From a virus: 64,000 bases of DNA. The position numbers and the translations under genes were made by a program. Positions 39,146 to 48,462 of this stretch are shown here, piece by piece. The first letter of the stretch is position 1, and the number at the start of each line of letters is the position of its first letter. The notes beneath the pieces are model-generated. The model did no database searches. It worked only from the letters and a program-made list of their open reading frames with translations, and was not told the DNA's origin. The DNA is taken from the IMG/VR virus record IMGVR_UViG_3300030049_000007, one strand, 5' to 3'.

Positions 39146-40054
39146 GCGGTTATTTAAATAATCTTCAATCCATGGTTCAATTATATTTTTAACTATTTGA
39201 TCATATTCTTCTTGAATATCTTTTGGAACATAACGCATTGATGTTAAGAGCTGTAATTCTTTTTGAACTTCTTTATTCAGTTCACATCTACCATTTCCAT
39301 TATGGGCATCTTTCCTATGGCATTCTTCACATAATGTAATTAAATTATTAATATCATAAACCGAATAAAAATCTTCTTTTTTATCAAATTTAAAATCAGA
39401 GTTTAATTTTATTGGAACTATATGATGCATGTTAAAATACATATTTTTATTACCATAACATAAATTACATGTATAATTATCTAATTTAAAAATTAATTGT
39501 TTAATAGGATTACATATACCCATTCTCAAAGAGTTATTTAAATCGGTTAATCTTATTCCTCCATTTTCTAAACGAATTCTTTCATCTCTTGCTTTTTTAG
39601 CGGCAATCATATTGTTATATTGAGAACATTTACATGATTTAGTTTTACTATTAATTACATCTCGTGGTTTTGTTTGAAATATTTGATTACATTTTGGACA
39701 TAATACATTCCAATAATCCATACCAGAATCTTTTTCTGGAATAACCGGATCAATTATTTTAAGATTATTTTCAGATATATAATTTCTATAATTTATTTTT
39801 TTAGTTCCTATACTAAGACCATTATTATTTTCAATTTGTTTATTCATTCTTATAGTTGATGCTTCTCGTCTATAACATCCACAAGAAACAGTTTTTCCTC
39901 GTTTAACTTCAGAAGGTTGAGTGATAAAAATTTTTCCACAAAAACATTTAAGATACCACATATCGTGGCCTCCAAGTTTTGTTTCATCATAAGGTTTTAT
40001 TACTTCACAATTATGATATACTTGACCCTGCCAATCGTTGGGATGTCTAGACAT
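39119..40054 (-). CDS. HNH homing endonuclease with repeated zinc-binding modules
   Basis: CFCG..SCGC, CPKC..SCKC, DNYTCNLC, HHIVP, NLITLCEECH. Confidence 0.85.
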   Translation of the reverse strand: MSRHPNDWQGQVYHNCEVIKPYDETKLGGHDMWYLKCFCGKIFITQPSEVKRGKTVSCGCYRREASTIRMNKQIENNNGLSIGTKKINYRNYISENNLKIIDPVIPEKDSGMDYWNVLCPKCNQIFQTKPRDVINSKTKSCKCSQYNNMIAAKKARDERIRLENGGIRLTDLNNSLRMGICNPIKQLIFKLDNYTCNLCYGNKNMYFNMHHIVPIKLNSDFKFDKKEDFYSVYDINNLITLCEECHRKDAHNGNGRCELNKEVQKELQLLTSMRYVPKDIQEEYDQIVKNIIEPWIEDYLNNRAKQATFLL

Positions 40055-40095
40055 TTTTCACTCTCCATAAAAAATGGTATCATAAGGAATGACAC

Positions 40096-41673
40096 GTGTC
40101 AATTAAAATTTCAAATTCAGACTTCATACAAAAAGTTATGAGACTTGATGGAAGGTTATGGAGATTTGTAGATAGACCATATATTTTTCCAATTATAAAT
40201 AATCAAGCCAAAAGAACTCTTCTGCTTGCAGCTAGACAGACTGAAAAATCTACTACAATGAGTGGAAATCAAATTGCTAATGCATGTTTAAATCCATATA
40301 CTAGTTCATTGTATGTTGCACCTACATTCAAGCAAAGTGGGGTCTACTCACGTAAGAAAATAGATGAAATATTTGAAACATCTCAACTTTTAAATAAAAC
40401 TTTTTATCCGGGAGTCAAAGGTTTTAGAATAGAAGAAAAGCGTTTAAAAAACCTATCCACTTTATATTTTCGATCTGCATTTCACGATGCAGATAGCATT
40501 CGGGGATTGACGATCGATTATCAGTATCATGATGAGATACAAGACCAGTTAGAAAATGTGGCACCGATAATCGAAGCTTGTTCTCAGAAACGTAAAAATG
40601 CCAAATATATGTATGCTGGAACTCCTAAAACTCTAGATAATAATATACAAAAAAAATGGGAAAAATCTTCACAGAATGAATGGCATGTAAAATGTATGCA
40701 TTGTGGATATTATAATAAATTAGGAATAGAAGTTGTATTATTAGACAAGCCAGGTTTATGGTGTAGAAAATGTAAAAAAGAAATTCATACCAGATATGGA
40801 TGTTGGGTATCTGCACAACAGTCTGAAATTCAAGGGTTTAGGTTACCTTATATTATTCTTCCAACTGAAGATATTGATTGGAGGGATTTGTATTTTAAAA
40901 TGCGCAATTTTGACACAGGCGCATTAATGAATGAAACTTTTGGCGAATCCTACGACAACGGCCAAAAACCCCTATCCAGAGATCAGTTAATATCATCTTG
41001 CAGTCTAGATAGACCCATGTGGAACATAATGCCAACCAGTATTTCAGGTGTAGAATTATATGCTGGAATAGATTGGGGTGGTGGTAATACTGGATTTACA
41101 ATTTTAACAATTGGATATTTTGATACCATTGCTAATAAATTTAAAATTATCTTTGCCAAAAGATATATTGGTAGAGAAGCAGAACCTGAGAACTTAGTAT
41201 TTTCTATTACTAAAACTTTAATGGATTTTCATGTTTCATTTGTTGGAGCAGACTTTGGATTTGGTTTTGATTTAAATTCGAGAATGCGTGGATTATTACC
41301 TAAGCATGTTGTATATGTAACCTATAGACATAGTATTATTAAAAAAGCTTTAGCATGGGATGACCAAGGTAATACTTATGTGACTAATAGAACTGAAGTT
41401 ATGACAGATTTATTTAATGCTATTAAAAGTAAAAAAGTAGAACCTTATCAATGGTCAGAATTCGAAGATATTGGAAAAGATTATTGTAATATTAATTCTG
41501 AATATTCTGATAGATTAAGACAGATGAGATATATTCATAGTCAACCCGATGATGCGTTTCATAGTCTTTTATATGCACGACTCACCTGGATGAAACGTAC
41601 TGATCAGATAATTAGTACGCGATTGGATCCAGGTGACTCTGATGTTAGTGTGAATATGAACGAAAATGATTGA
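40096..41673 (+). CDS. terL: Terminase large subunit (GpA-like)
   Basis: ARQTEKST, DEIQD, AGTP, CMHC/CRKC, GIDWG, PDDAFHS. Confidence 0.88.
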   Translation: MSIKISNSDFIQKVMRLDGRLWRFVDRPYIFPIINNQAKRTLLLAARQTEKSTTMSGNQIANACLNPYTSSLYVAPTFKQSGVYSRKKIDEIFETSQLLNKTFYPGVKGFRIEEKRLKNLSTLYFRSAFHDADSIRGLTIDYQYHDEIQDQLENVAPIIEACSQKRKNAKYMYAGTPKTLDNNIQKKWEKSSQNEWHVKCMHCGYYNKLGIEVVLLDKPGLWCRKCKKEIHTRYGCWVSAQQSEIQGFRLPYIILPTEDIDWRDLYFKMRNFDTGALMNETFGESYDNGQKPLSRDQLISSCSLDRPMWNIMPTSISGVELYAGIDWGGGNTGFTILTIGYFDTIANKFKIIFAKRYIGREAEPENLVFSITKTLMDFHVSFVGADFGFGFDLNSRMRGLLPKHVVYVTYRHSIIKKALAWDDQGNTYVTNRTEVMTDLFNAIKSKKVEPYQWSEFEDIGKDYCNINSEYSDRLRQMRYIHSQPDDAFHSLLYARLTWMKRTDQIISTRLDPGDSDVSVNMNEND

Positions 41674-41698
41674 CACTAGACGAATTTGTTGAGACAAT
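41670..41698 (+). promoter_or_regulatory. Possible sigma70-like promoter for the head cluster
   Basis: TTGACA-17 nt-GACAAT. Confidence 0.4.
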
Positions 41699-41712
41699 AA
41701 AAGTATCTTGAA

Positions 41713-42924
41713 TTGGACCCTCCTATGGATTTAGAACTTACAGCAAATAAAATAGCTTCGAAATATCTCAAGTCAAACGTAGATATGAATGAATCTATAG
41801 CTAAGTATGCTGCTGAAAATAAGTTAAATATTGAGCAAACTAAAAGATTAGTAGAAGAGTCCAATAAAACTTGTTATTTACAGAAATTTGCATCTACTGG
41901 TGATCAGATTTTTGATGTAGCACAATTTAATATAGTTAAAGAAAAAATCGGTTTATTAGATAAAGTAGAAAAAACTGCTGCTATTAAATTTACGGAATAT
42001 AGTGATTTAGAAAAAGTAGCAGAAGAAAATCAGGTTGATACTCTTGAATATCAACTTGCTATTGATAAATGTAGAAAAGAAATTGGAGAAGAATTAACTA
42101 AAGTAGCTTCTTATTATAGACGTTTAGTTTATGAAAATCCTTCTTTAGAAAAGTTAGCTTATAGTGAAGTTCCCGCATTAAAGAAAGATATGGATAAAAT
42201 TGCTCATAAAGAAAAAGTAATTGACTATTTAGTTGAAAAACGTGCGGGAATCATTTCTGGTTTAGCTGGTGGAGCATTAAAAGGTTCTGCTAAAGTAGTT
42301 GGTAAGGTTGGTGGTTATGTTGCCGAAGCTCCAATTAAAAGAGGCTTAATGCCGGCTAGTTATATTGGATCATTTAAGGAGGGGATGAAAAAAGTGCCTG
42401 ATAGTACTGGTAAATTTATTATGAATAAAGCCGCTGAAGTTACTAAAGAAGCTGGCGTATTTGATAAGGTTATACAAGCATTAGGTGAAAATTTAGTTCC
42501 AGCTTTAGCGTTAGGTTCTGTTGGAGTAGGTATTGCTGCTGCTAGAGGCGCTGGTGGTATCGTTTCAAGAATGATGCAGGAACGACAGTTAAATGATTCA
42601 TTTAATACAATTGCTAAAGCTAATGCTGATATTCGTAATATTCCTAATGCTAGAGATTATTTTGATGTAATTGCGCGGCATAGTCCTTCTTTAGCTTTAG
42701 ATCCAATGGTTGCCCCATCATTAATTCGTCAATTCGATACATTTAATGGAGTTGATGTTAATACAGTTGGTAAACTTCGTGAAATTCAGGATCGTGGCAG
42801 TAGAAATGATAGTCCTTCTATTTTAGACATGGCTGGTAGTTTCACTAAGGGATTTGATGCATTTAAAAAGAAAGATGTTAAACCCGTTGTAGTAAATACT
42901 TATTATAATGGCAAACCTGAATAG
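41713..42924 (+). CDS. Head-associated protein with many K-x-A motifs and hydrophobic segments (likely start ATG 41725)
   Basis: About 11 K-x-A motifs; LVPALALGSVGVGIAAARGAGG. Confidence 0.65.
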   Translation: MDPPMDLELTANKIASKYLKSNVDMNESIAKYAAENKLNIEQTKRLVEESNKTCYLQKFASTGDQIFDVAQFNIVKEKIGLLDKVEKTAAIKFTEYSDLEKVAEENQVDTLEYQLAIDKCRKEIGEELTKVASYYRRLVYENPSLEKLAYSEVPALKKDMDKIAHKEKVIDYLVEKRAGIISGLAGGALKGSAKVVGKVGGYVAEAPIKRGLMPASYIGSFKEGMKKVPDSTGKFIMNKAAEVTKEAGVFDKVIQALGENLVPALALGSVGVGIAAARGAGGIVSRMMQERQLNDSFNTIAKANADIRNIPNARDYFDVIARHSPSLALDPMVAPSLIRQFDTFNGVDVNTVGKLREIQDRGSRNDSPSILDMAGSFTKGFDAFKKKDVKPVVVNTYYNGKPE

Positions 42925-42954
42925 TAACCAAACTCACACATAGGAGACATTTAA

Positions 42955-43632
42955 ATGTCGAAGCTTTTAATTGATAAACTCACTGAAGAAGTAGAAAAGA
43001 CAGCTTCTGAAGTTGAAAAGACTGCCGAGGAACAGGCCCTTGAAAAGGTAGCTGGTGAAATTGGCGTTCTGGATGATTCGCGTTCTCTGATTGCTATTGG
43101 CGAGGAAATGTATAAGATCGCTGAAGAGTTAGAGAATGATAATCTGAAAGCTCTTGCTGCTGATACTTATCAGCTTGGCGAAAGAATGGGAGCTTGCCTT
43201 ACCAAGACTGCTTCTGAAGATGGTTCAGCTTTAGAAGAAGCTCTTGACATTGCTGAAGATATGAATAAGATCGCTTCAGTTTATGCTGAGATTGCTGATG
43301 AGGTTAAGGAAGACGAAACTCTTAATAAGATGGCTGAAACTCTTATTAATATTTCCAATGAACTTACTGAAGAGGCCAATGAGGTTCATACTCAGTTAGA
43401 TAAGATGGCTGAGGAAGAAGTAGAGAAGGATGCTAGTGCTAAAGATAAGGCTAAGGAATATGCTGAGAAAGCCAAAGAAGCTGGTAAGAAAGCCGGTGAT
43501 TATGCTGGTCAGAAAGCTAGTGCTTTAAAGGCTTTAATTAAAGCTCATCCTAAAGCCGCAATGGGTGCTGGCGGTGCCGCTGCCGCTTTAGCTGCTCTTG
43601 GTTATGGAGCTAAGAAACTTCACGATAAGTAA
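42955..43632 (+). CDS. Acidic scaffold-like protein with K-x-A repeats and a Gly/Ala-rich C-terminal helix
   Basis: EKTAS, EKTAE, EKVAG, YKIAE, TKTAS, NKIAS, NKMAE, DKMAE, EKDAS; AGGAG RBS. Confidence 0.7.
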   Translation: MSKLLIDKLTEEVEKTASEVEKTAEEQALEKVAGEIGVLDDSRSLIAIGEEMYKIAEELENDNLKALAADTYQLGERMGACLTKTASEDGSALEEALDIAEDMNKIASVYAEIADEVKEDETLNKMAETLINISNELTEEANEVHTQLDKMAEEEVEKDASAKDKAKEYAEKAKEAGKKAGDYAGQKASALKALIKAHPKAAMGAGGAAAALAALGYGAKKLHDK

Positions 43633-43640
43633 TAATTACG

Positions 43641-43670
43641 GAAATGCCTAGTCTATTTGATAGGCATTTC
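43641..43670 (+). promoter_or_regulatory. Perfect 10-bp intergenic hairpin
   Basis: GAAATGCCTA / TAGGCATTTC. Confidence 0.5.
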
Positions 43671-43694
43671 AGCAATTATTATCTAGAGGATCAC

Positions 43695-44042
43695 ATGAGT
43701 TTAATTAAATTAGCTATGCGAACTGGTAAAGCTATTAGAGGTTTATTTAGTGCCGTAGAAGCTGATGTTAAAAATTCTAGAAATGCAACTAAAAAAGCTA
43801 TTCAGGGCGCTTATGAAGGTGCCAAGAATGGTGATTTAGGTGCTGCTTATTTAAAACAACGTAAAATGAATAGTGATTTAGGTAAGAAGATTCGTAAATT
43901 AAGAGATCAGATTAAAGGTCATGAATCTGAAATTAAATCTCATAAATTAAAAGAAAAGATTATCGGTGGAGTTGGATTAGGAACTACCATTGGCGCTGGA
44001 AGTCTAGCTTTTCGTCATAAAAAGAATGTGGAGAAATTATAA
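43695..44042 (+). CDS. Small basic protein with MSLIKLA leader (putative internal virion protein)
   Basis: GAGGA RBS before ATG 43695; C-terminal IIGGVGLGTTIGAGSLAF. Confidence 0.7.
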   Translation: MSLIKLAMRTGKAIRGLFSAVEADVKNSRNATKKAIQGAYEGAKNGDLGAAYLKQRKMNSDLGKKIRKLRDQIKGHESEIKSHKLKEKIIGGVGLGTTIGAGSLAFRHKKNVEKL

Positions 44043-44317
44043 TGTCTATCGTAAAACTTGCTTTTAATCTTTCAGGGATTAAAGATGCAGTAGTTAATGC
44101 TGCTAAAGGTACTGCTATTAAATCTGAGGCTCATCGCCTTGAGAATAGTACCTTAACTTCATTACGCAGACTTCCTACTGCTGCTGATAAACTTAAACAT
44201 TTTGCTACTACTAAATCTGGCTTAAAATCTTTAGCTCCTAGTGCTGCTCTTTATGGAGGGGCTGCTTTAGGTGTTGGCGCTGCGGCAAAAGCTTTAACTG
44301 GCAAAAAGAATGATTAA
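44042..44317 (+). CDS. Small basic protein with MSIVKLA leader
   Basis: C-terminal AALYGGAALGVGAAAKAL. Confidence 0.7.
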   Translation: MSIVKLAFNLSGIKDAVVNAAKGTAIKSEAHRLENSTLTSLRRLPTAADKLKHFATTKSGLKSLAPSAALYGGAALGVGAAAKALTGKKND

Positions 44318-44663
44318 AGAAATTGCATTAAAATATGATGATTTAGGATTATTTAAACTTGCATCTATTCTTGAAAAAGATGGTGCGGTTAATCCTATGC
44401 AGATGGCCATTAGTAAGACTATGAATCCTGAACAGGGATTACATTATAATCTTGCTACCGATGCTGCCGCTGCTGCTAAAAAAGATCCTTCTAAATTAGG
44501 ATTAATGAGACAGCGTTTACAGGGATTAAAAAAGACTGGACCGTTAAGATTAGATGATGCTGTTAAATCTGGCATTGTTAATTCCTTAAAGAAACCTACT
44601 CCTATAGCAGAAGTTATTCCATTTGCTAATAAACTTAAATCTATGGCTTTAAAAGTGAAATAA
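44310..44663 (+). CDS. Small basic putative internal virion protein
   Basis: FKLAS motif; operon position. Confidence 0.6.
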   Translation: MIKEIALKYDDLGLFKLASILEKDGAVNPMQMAISKTMNPEQGLHYNLATDAAAAAKKDPSKLGLMRQRLQGLKKTGPLRLDDAVKSGIVNSLKKPTPIAEVIPFANKLKSMALKVK

Positions 44664-44664
44664 T

Positions 44665-44880
44665 ATGAGTTTAATTAAATTAGCATTTAAAGACTCAAAA
44701 GAATTAGATAGTGAATATATAGATAATAGATGGCTTGGAAGACGGGCAAGAGGTAAGTTATTAACTTATCCATTAGCTGCATTTGGAATGTTACCTGCTC
44801 CATTACTTGGACATTACTTAGATCATAGACGTAAAGAGAAAGATTTTATGAATCATCCTGAAAAATTTAAAAAGAAATAA
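44665..44880 (+). CDS. Small basic protein with MSLIKLA leader
   Basis: Hydrophobic LLTYPLAAFGMLPAPLLG. Confidence 0.7.
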   Translation: MSLIKLAFKDSKELDSEYIDNRWLGRRARGKLLTYPLAAFGMLPAPLLGHYLDHRRKEKDFMNHPEKFKKK

Positions 44881-44882
44881 TA

Positions 44883-46607
44883 ATGTATAAATTAATAGAA
44901 TCATCAAATATTCCAGAAGATCAACAAATATCTATCTCATTAGAAGATAGATATGAAAATGATTTTATTAAAACTGCTTCTAAAAGAGATTTACCAAAAG
45001 AAGTTGATGAGGCTATTAAAAATTTAAAACGTAAAAAAGATCATAGCTATATGTTAGTAACTGCTATGGGTGATGGTGAAACATGGTCTGATAATAAAAA
45101 TCATGATTATTTTCCATATGATTCATTGTTAGGATTACAAAATACTCCTGTTTGGAATGAAGTCTCACCTAAAGATGAAAGATTAAATAATAGAATAAAA
45201 GCTAAGTTACGTTATCAAACATTTAGTGACGCTGGCTGGTTTCATCATCATCATAACAAACCAGAGCGTGGAGATCAAATTTATGGTGAGGTTCCAAATG
45301 CTATTTGGAATCCAAAAATGCATACAGTACTTCTTATTATTGGAGTAGATAATAAAAAAGATCCTGAAACTGCTGAAATGATTAAAAGAAATCAATTAGT
45401 TGCAGTTTCTATGGGAGCTAAACTTCCATGGGATCGTTGTTCTATTTGTCATCAACATAATACTTCTATTATGAAATATTGTCCTCATCTTAAATTTCAA
45501 ATGGGTAAAATTTTAGATGATGGTCGTAAAATTTATGCTGAAAATTTATTTCCTAGATTTTTTGATATTAGTAAAGTAAATCGACCTGCATTTTTAGCCG
45601 GTATGCAATTAGAAAAAGTTGCTAGTACAGATTTTGAATTTAGTTTAGATCTTGCTGATTATTATGATATTGGACAATTTGATAAAGAGGCAGAAGAAAT
45701 AGAAAAACATTCTACCATTTACAAAGAAATGCCAACTCATATTGAAGGTGCAATAGCTAAAGTATGTAATACTGAAAGAGATCTTCCACATAAATTAATG
45801 GAAGAATTAGCTAAACTTAAACCTTCTGAAGCTTGGGGTGCTTTAACTCATGCCGGTATTATTGCTAAGCCAAATGAGTTTGCTTATATTTTATTAAAGA
45901 ATTCTAATCGTGATGATTTAGCTCAAGAATTTTATCATACTAAAGCAGTAATTAAAAATCCTGACGTAAAAGGATTAGATGAAGAATTGCATTCTTTAGC
46001 TGATATTGATATTACACATAAAGCCGTTAAATTATCTAATGAAATTCCTACTCATATATTAGATGAAAGATCTATTGGATGTGTTGGAGATAGAATTTAC
46101 AATACTGAAAAAGGTTTACGTAAAGAAGCCGAAATAACTAGAACTATAGGTCTTGGATCTATTCTTTCTGCATTATATTTATTATATCGTAATAACGCTG
46201 AAAGTAAATTTAGCGCTTATGGTTTATTAGGTTCTGGTATTTCTCAAATGATTAGAGACAATAAAGAGTCTGATAAATATATTAGTAATAATCCATTTAC
46301 TAATGAAGAGTTAAATAAACAAGCTGCCGCAGTTCCTGGTTTCTGGAATTCAGGCAAAGGATTATTAACTAAAGGAGCTATTGGTTTTGCAGCTCCATAT
46401 ATTGCTAGTGCCCACTACCAAAATAAAATGCAACAAGGATATCCTGTTGGAGTTTTAGGTAGAACTATTGCTAACAACCCTGGTAAAATGGGAATTGTTG
46501 GTGCCGCAATGGGAATGGCTGGTGCAAAGAATAGTTATAAAGCTATTAAGAATGTATCTAATGATTTAACAACTGGCGTAAGCAAAATTTTTAAGGATAA
46601 AAAATAA
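44883..46607 (+). CDS. Prohead (capsid maturation) protease with zinc insertion and long C-terminal extension
   Basis: NKNHD.F, HHHHNK, VSMG, CSIC...CPH, FFDISKV..PA, an HK97/assemblin-fold protease pattern; upstream of scaffold and MCP. Confidence 0.72.
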   Translation: MYKLIESSNIPEDQQISISLEDRYENDFIKTASKRDLPKEVDEAIKNLKRKKDHSYMLVTAMGDGETWSDNKNHDYFPYDSLLGLQNTPVWNEVSPKDERLNNRIKAKLRYQTFSDAGWFHHHHNKPERGDQIYGEVPNAIWNPKMHTVLLIIGVDNKKDPETAEMIKRNQLVAVSMGAKLPWDRCSICHQHNTSIMKYCPHLKFQMGKILDDGRKIYAENLFPRFFDISKVNRPAFLAGMQLEKVASTDFEFSLDLADYYDIGQFDKEAEEIEKHSTIYKEMPTHIEGAIAKVCNTERDLPHKLMEELAKLKPSEAWGALTHAGIIAKPNEFAYILLKNSNRDDLAQEFYHTKAVIKNPDVKGLDEELHSLADIDITHKAVKLSNEIPTHILDERSIGCVGDRIYNTEKGLRKEAEITRTIGLGSILSALYLLYRNNAESKFSAYGLLGSGISQMIRDNKESDKYISNNPFTNEELNKQAAAVPGFWNSGKGLLTKGAIGFAAPYIASAHYQNKMQQGYPVGVLGRTIANNPGKMGIVGAAMGMAGAKNSYKAIKNVSNDLTTGVSKIFKDKK

Positions 46608-47179
46608 TGGATCTCAAAGAATTTATAGAAAAAACAGAGCCAGAGGTCTTGCAAAAACTCGCGTCTGAAGCTCAAGATGAAATGGTTAATAAAGTAATAG
46701 ATGCTATCTTTCCTTTGTTAGAAAAGACCGCAAATTATACAGCACAGCTTGTCTTAGAAAAGATTGCCGAAGAATTATCTGAAAAGAAAGAACCTAAAGA
46801 AGAAAAGGAAGAGGTTGAAAATACCGATAATCCTAATGAGGAAAGTGCAGAACAAGCTGCTGTAGAAGATGAAAATGTTAAAATAGATAGTACTCCTGCT
46901 ACTGGTAATAAAACTAATGAAACTATGGACCCAACTAATACTCCAGGTGGTATGCGGGCTCAGGATATTAAAAATGCGGTAAGTGAAGCTTGCGAGGCTG
47001 GTCAATCTAATAAAATTATTCCATTTGTTAAAGCTGTAGGTGAACAATATCCTGATGCTATTCAGGAATTAATTAAAATGGTTAAAGTAGAATTACAAGC
47101 TGCTTTTTTAAATAAATCTATTGATGAGGAAACTGCTACTGCTCTTTCCGATGAATTAAATGCGATGGTGGGAGCTTAA
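46607..47179 (+). CDS. Acidic scaffold-like protein
   Basis: QKLAS, EKTAN, EKIAE; lies between protease and MCP. Confidence 0.55.
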   Translation: MDLKEFIEKTEPEVLQKLASEAQDEMVNKVIDAIFPLLEKTANYTAQLVLEKIAEELSEKKEPKEEKEEVENTDNPNEESAEQAAVEDENVKIDSTPATGNKTNETMDPTNTPGGMRAQDIKNAVSEACEAGQSNKIIPFVKAVGEQYPDAIQELIKMVKVELQAAFLNKSIDEETATALSDELNAMVGA

Positions 47180-47584
47180 ATGAGTGATAGTTTTATTGAT
47201 AAACTTTTAGCAGAAGCCGAATCTGAGATTGGTTCGGATTTAGAAAAGTCAGCTAATGATGAAAATGGTGCGCCCGATGCTCCATCTAATCAGGAACAGG
47301 GTGGTGGTGATATTTTAACTACTGCTCAAGCCTTTTTACAGAAAGTAGAACAGTTTAAAGCTGCTTTATCTCAGGGTGGGACTCCAGCAGAAGGTGATCC
47401 TAATGCGCAGCCTAATCAGGAAGATCAACCTGCCGAAGCTGCCGCTGCTCAAGCTGTAGGAGCTACTACTTCTGGTAATAGCACAGTAATGATTCAAAGA
47501 CCTGATGGAACGCAAATTAAATTAGCCTCTTTAGCTTCGTTAGTTTCGGCTAGAGGATCTAAACTTTTTAAAGAGGTAAATTAA
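47180..47584 (+). CDS. Acidic low-complexity head-assembly protein
   Basis: EKSAN, IKLAS. Confidence 0.55.
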   Translation: MSDSFIDKLLAEAESEIGSDLEKSANDENGAPDAPSNQEQGGGDILTTAQAFLQKVEQFKAALSQGGTPAEGDPNAQPNQEDQPAEAAAAQAVGATTSGNSTVMIQRPDGTQIKLASLASLVSARGSKLFKEVN

Positions 47585-47585
47585 A

Positions 47586-47969
47586 ATGGACCCAGTTCAG
47601 CAAGGTCAATCAGATCCGCTTCAGGATGCTTTACAGCTTTTAGATGAATCTGCTGCTATTATTCAAGAATTAACTGCTCAGATTCAGTCTAAGGGAAAAG
47701 ACGAAGATATGTCCAAGAAAGCGGAGGAAGTGGCCGTTAAATTAGGCGTGTCTTTTAATCAGGCTTCTGATATGATTAAGACTGCGAGCGAATCAGGTGA
47801 AAGTATCGATGCCATGGTAAAAATGGCCTCTATTATGAGACAGAATAGATCTTTTGGTTCCGTATATACAGAAGAAAAAGTAATTCCAATTTCAGGCTCT
47901 AAAGCAATTGATTCATTCATGGAAAAGCAAGCTGCGTTAATGGGTGAATTAGGACTTGACGAAAATTAA
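47586..47969 (+). CDS. Putative scaffolding protein
   Basis: Helical; SKKAE, IKTAS, VKMAS, EKQAA. Confidence 0.55.
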   Translation: MDPVQQGQSDPLQDALQLLDESAAIIQELTAQIQSKGKDEDMSKKAEEVAVKLGVSFNQASDMIKTASESGESIDAMVKMASIMRQNRSFGSVYTEEKVIPISGSKAIDSFMEKQAALMGELGLDEN

Positions 47970-47994
47970 CCATTATATCAAGGAGATATAAAAT

Positions 47995-48429
47995 ATGTTT
48001 AACATTCTCAGTGGCCTTCAGGAAGGTTCTCACTCAGTAATGATCACTAGCCGTTCTGGCCCCGCCGGACTGGTTAAAGGTACGGTTGTTCAGTTAACTG
48101 GTACTTCTAATACTATTGCTAAATCTGATAATAGCACCGTAGGTCTTGGATCTTCAATTGGTTTCATCTTTGAAGATCTGTTAAGTCAGACTTCCGGTTC
48201 TTATACCGTAGTTTATGGTGTCATGGAAGCTGAAACTGATCAGGTTTCTGGATCACCTGCCATTGGTTCTTATCTTAAGCCTGGCACTGGTGCTACTGCC
48301 GGTTTACTTATTGCAGCTAGTCTTCCTGGCGATGCTAATTTGGTTAAAGGTCAGGTAGCTGATAGTTACAGCATTGCTAATGATGCTCAGGGTATTAGCA
48401 CTTCGGTTTATCGTATCGTAACCTTTTAA
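47995..48429 (+). CDS. Capsid decoration/cement-like protein
   Basis: 144 aa, Gly/Ser/Thr-rich beta pattern, immediately before the MCP; strong RBS. Confidence 0.55.
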   Translation: MFNILSGLQEGSHSVMITSRSGPAGLVKGTVVQLTGTSNTIAKSDNSTVGLGSSIGFIFEDLLSQTSGSYTVVYGVMEAETDQVSGSPAIGSYLKPGTGATAGLLIAASLPGDANLVKGQVADSYSIANDAQGISTSVYRIVTF

Positions 48430-48462
48430 GATAAATTAAAAATTAAATAGGAGATTTTAATT

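Noticed and set aside
43644-43694. N-terminal extension MPSLFDRH… of the 43644 ORF
   Set aside because: It overlaps a hairpin; the RBS and shared leader point to ATG 43695
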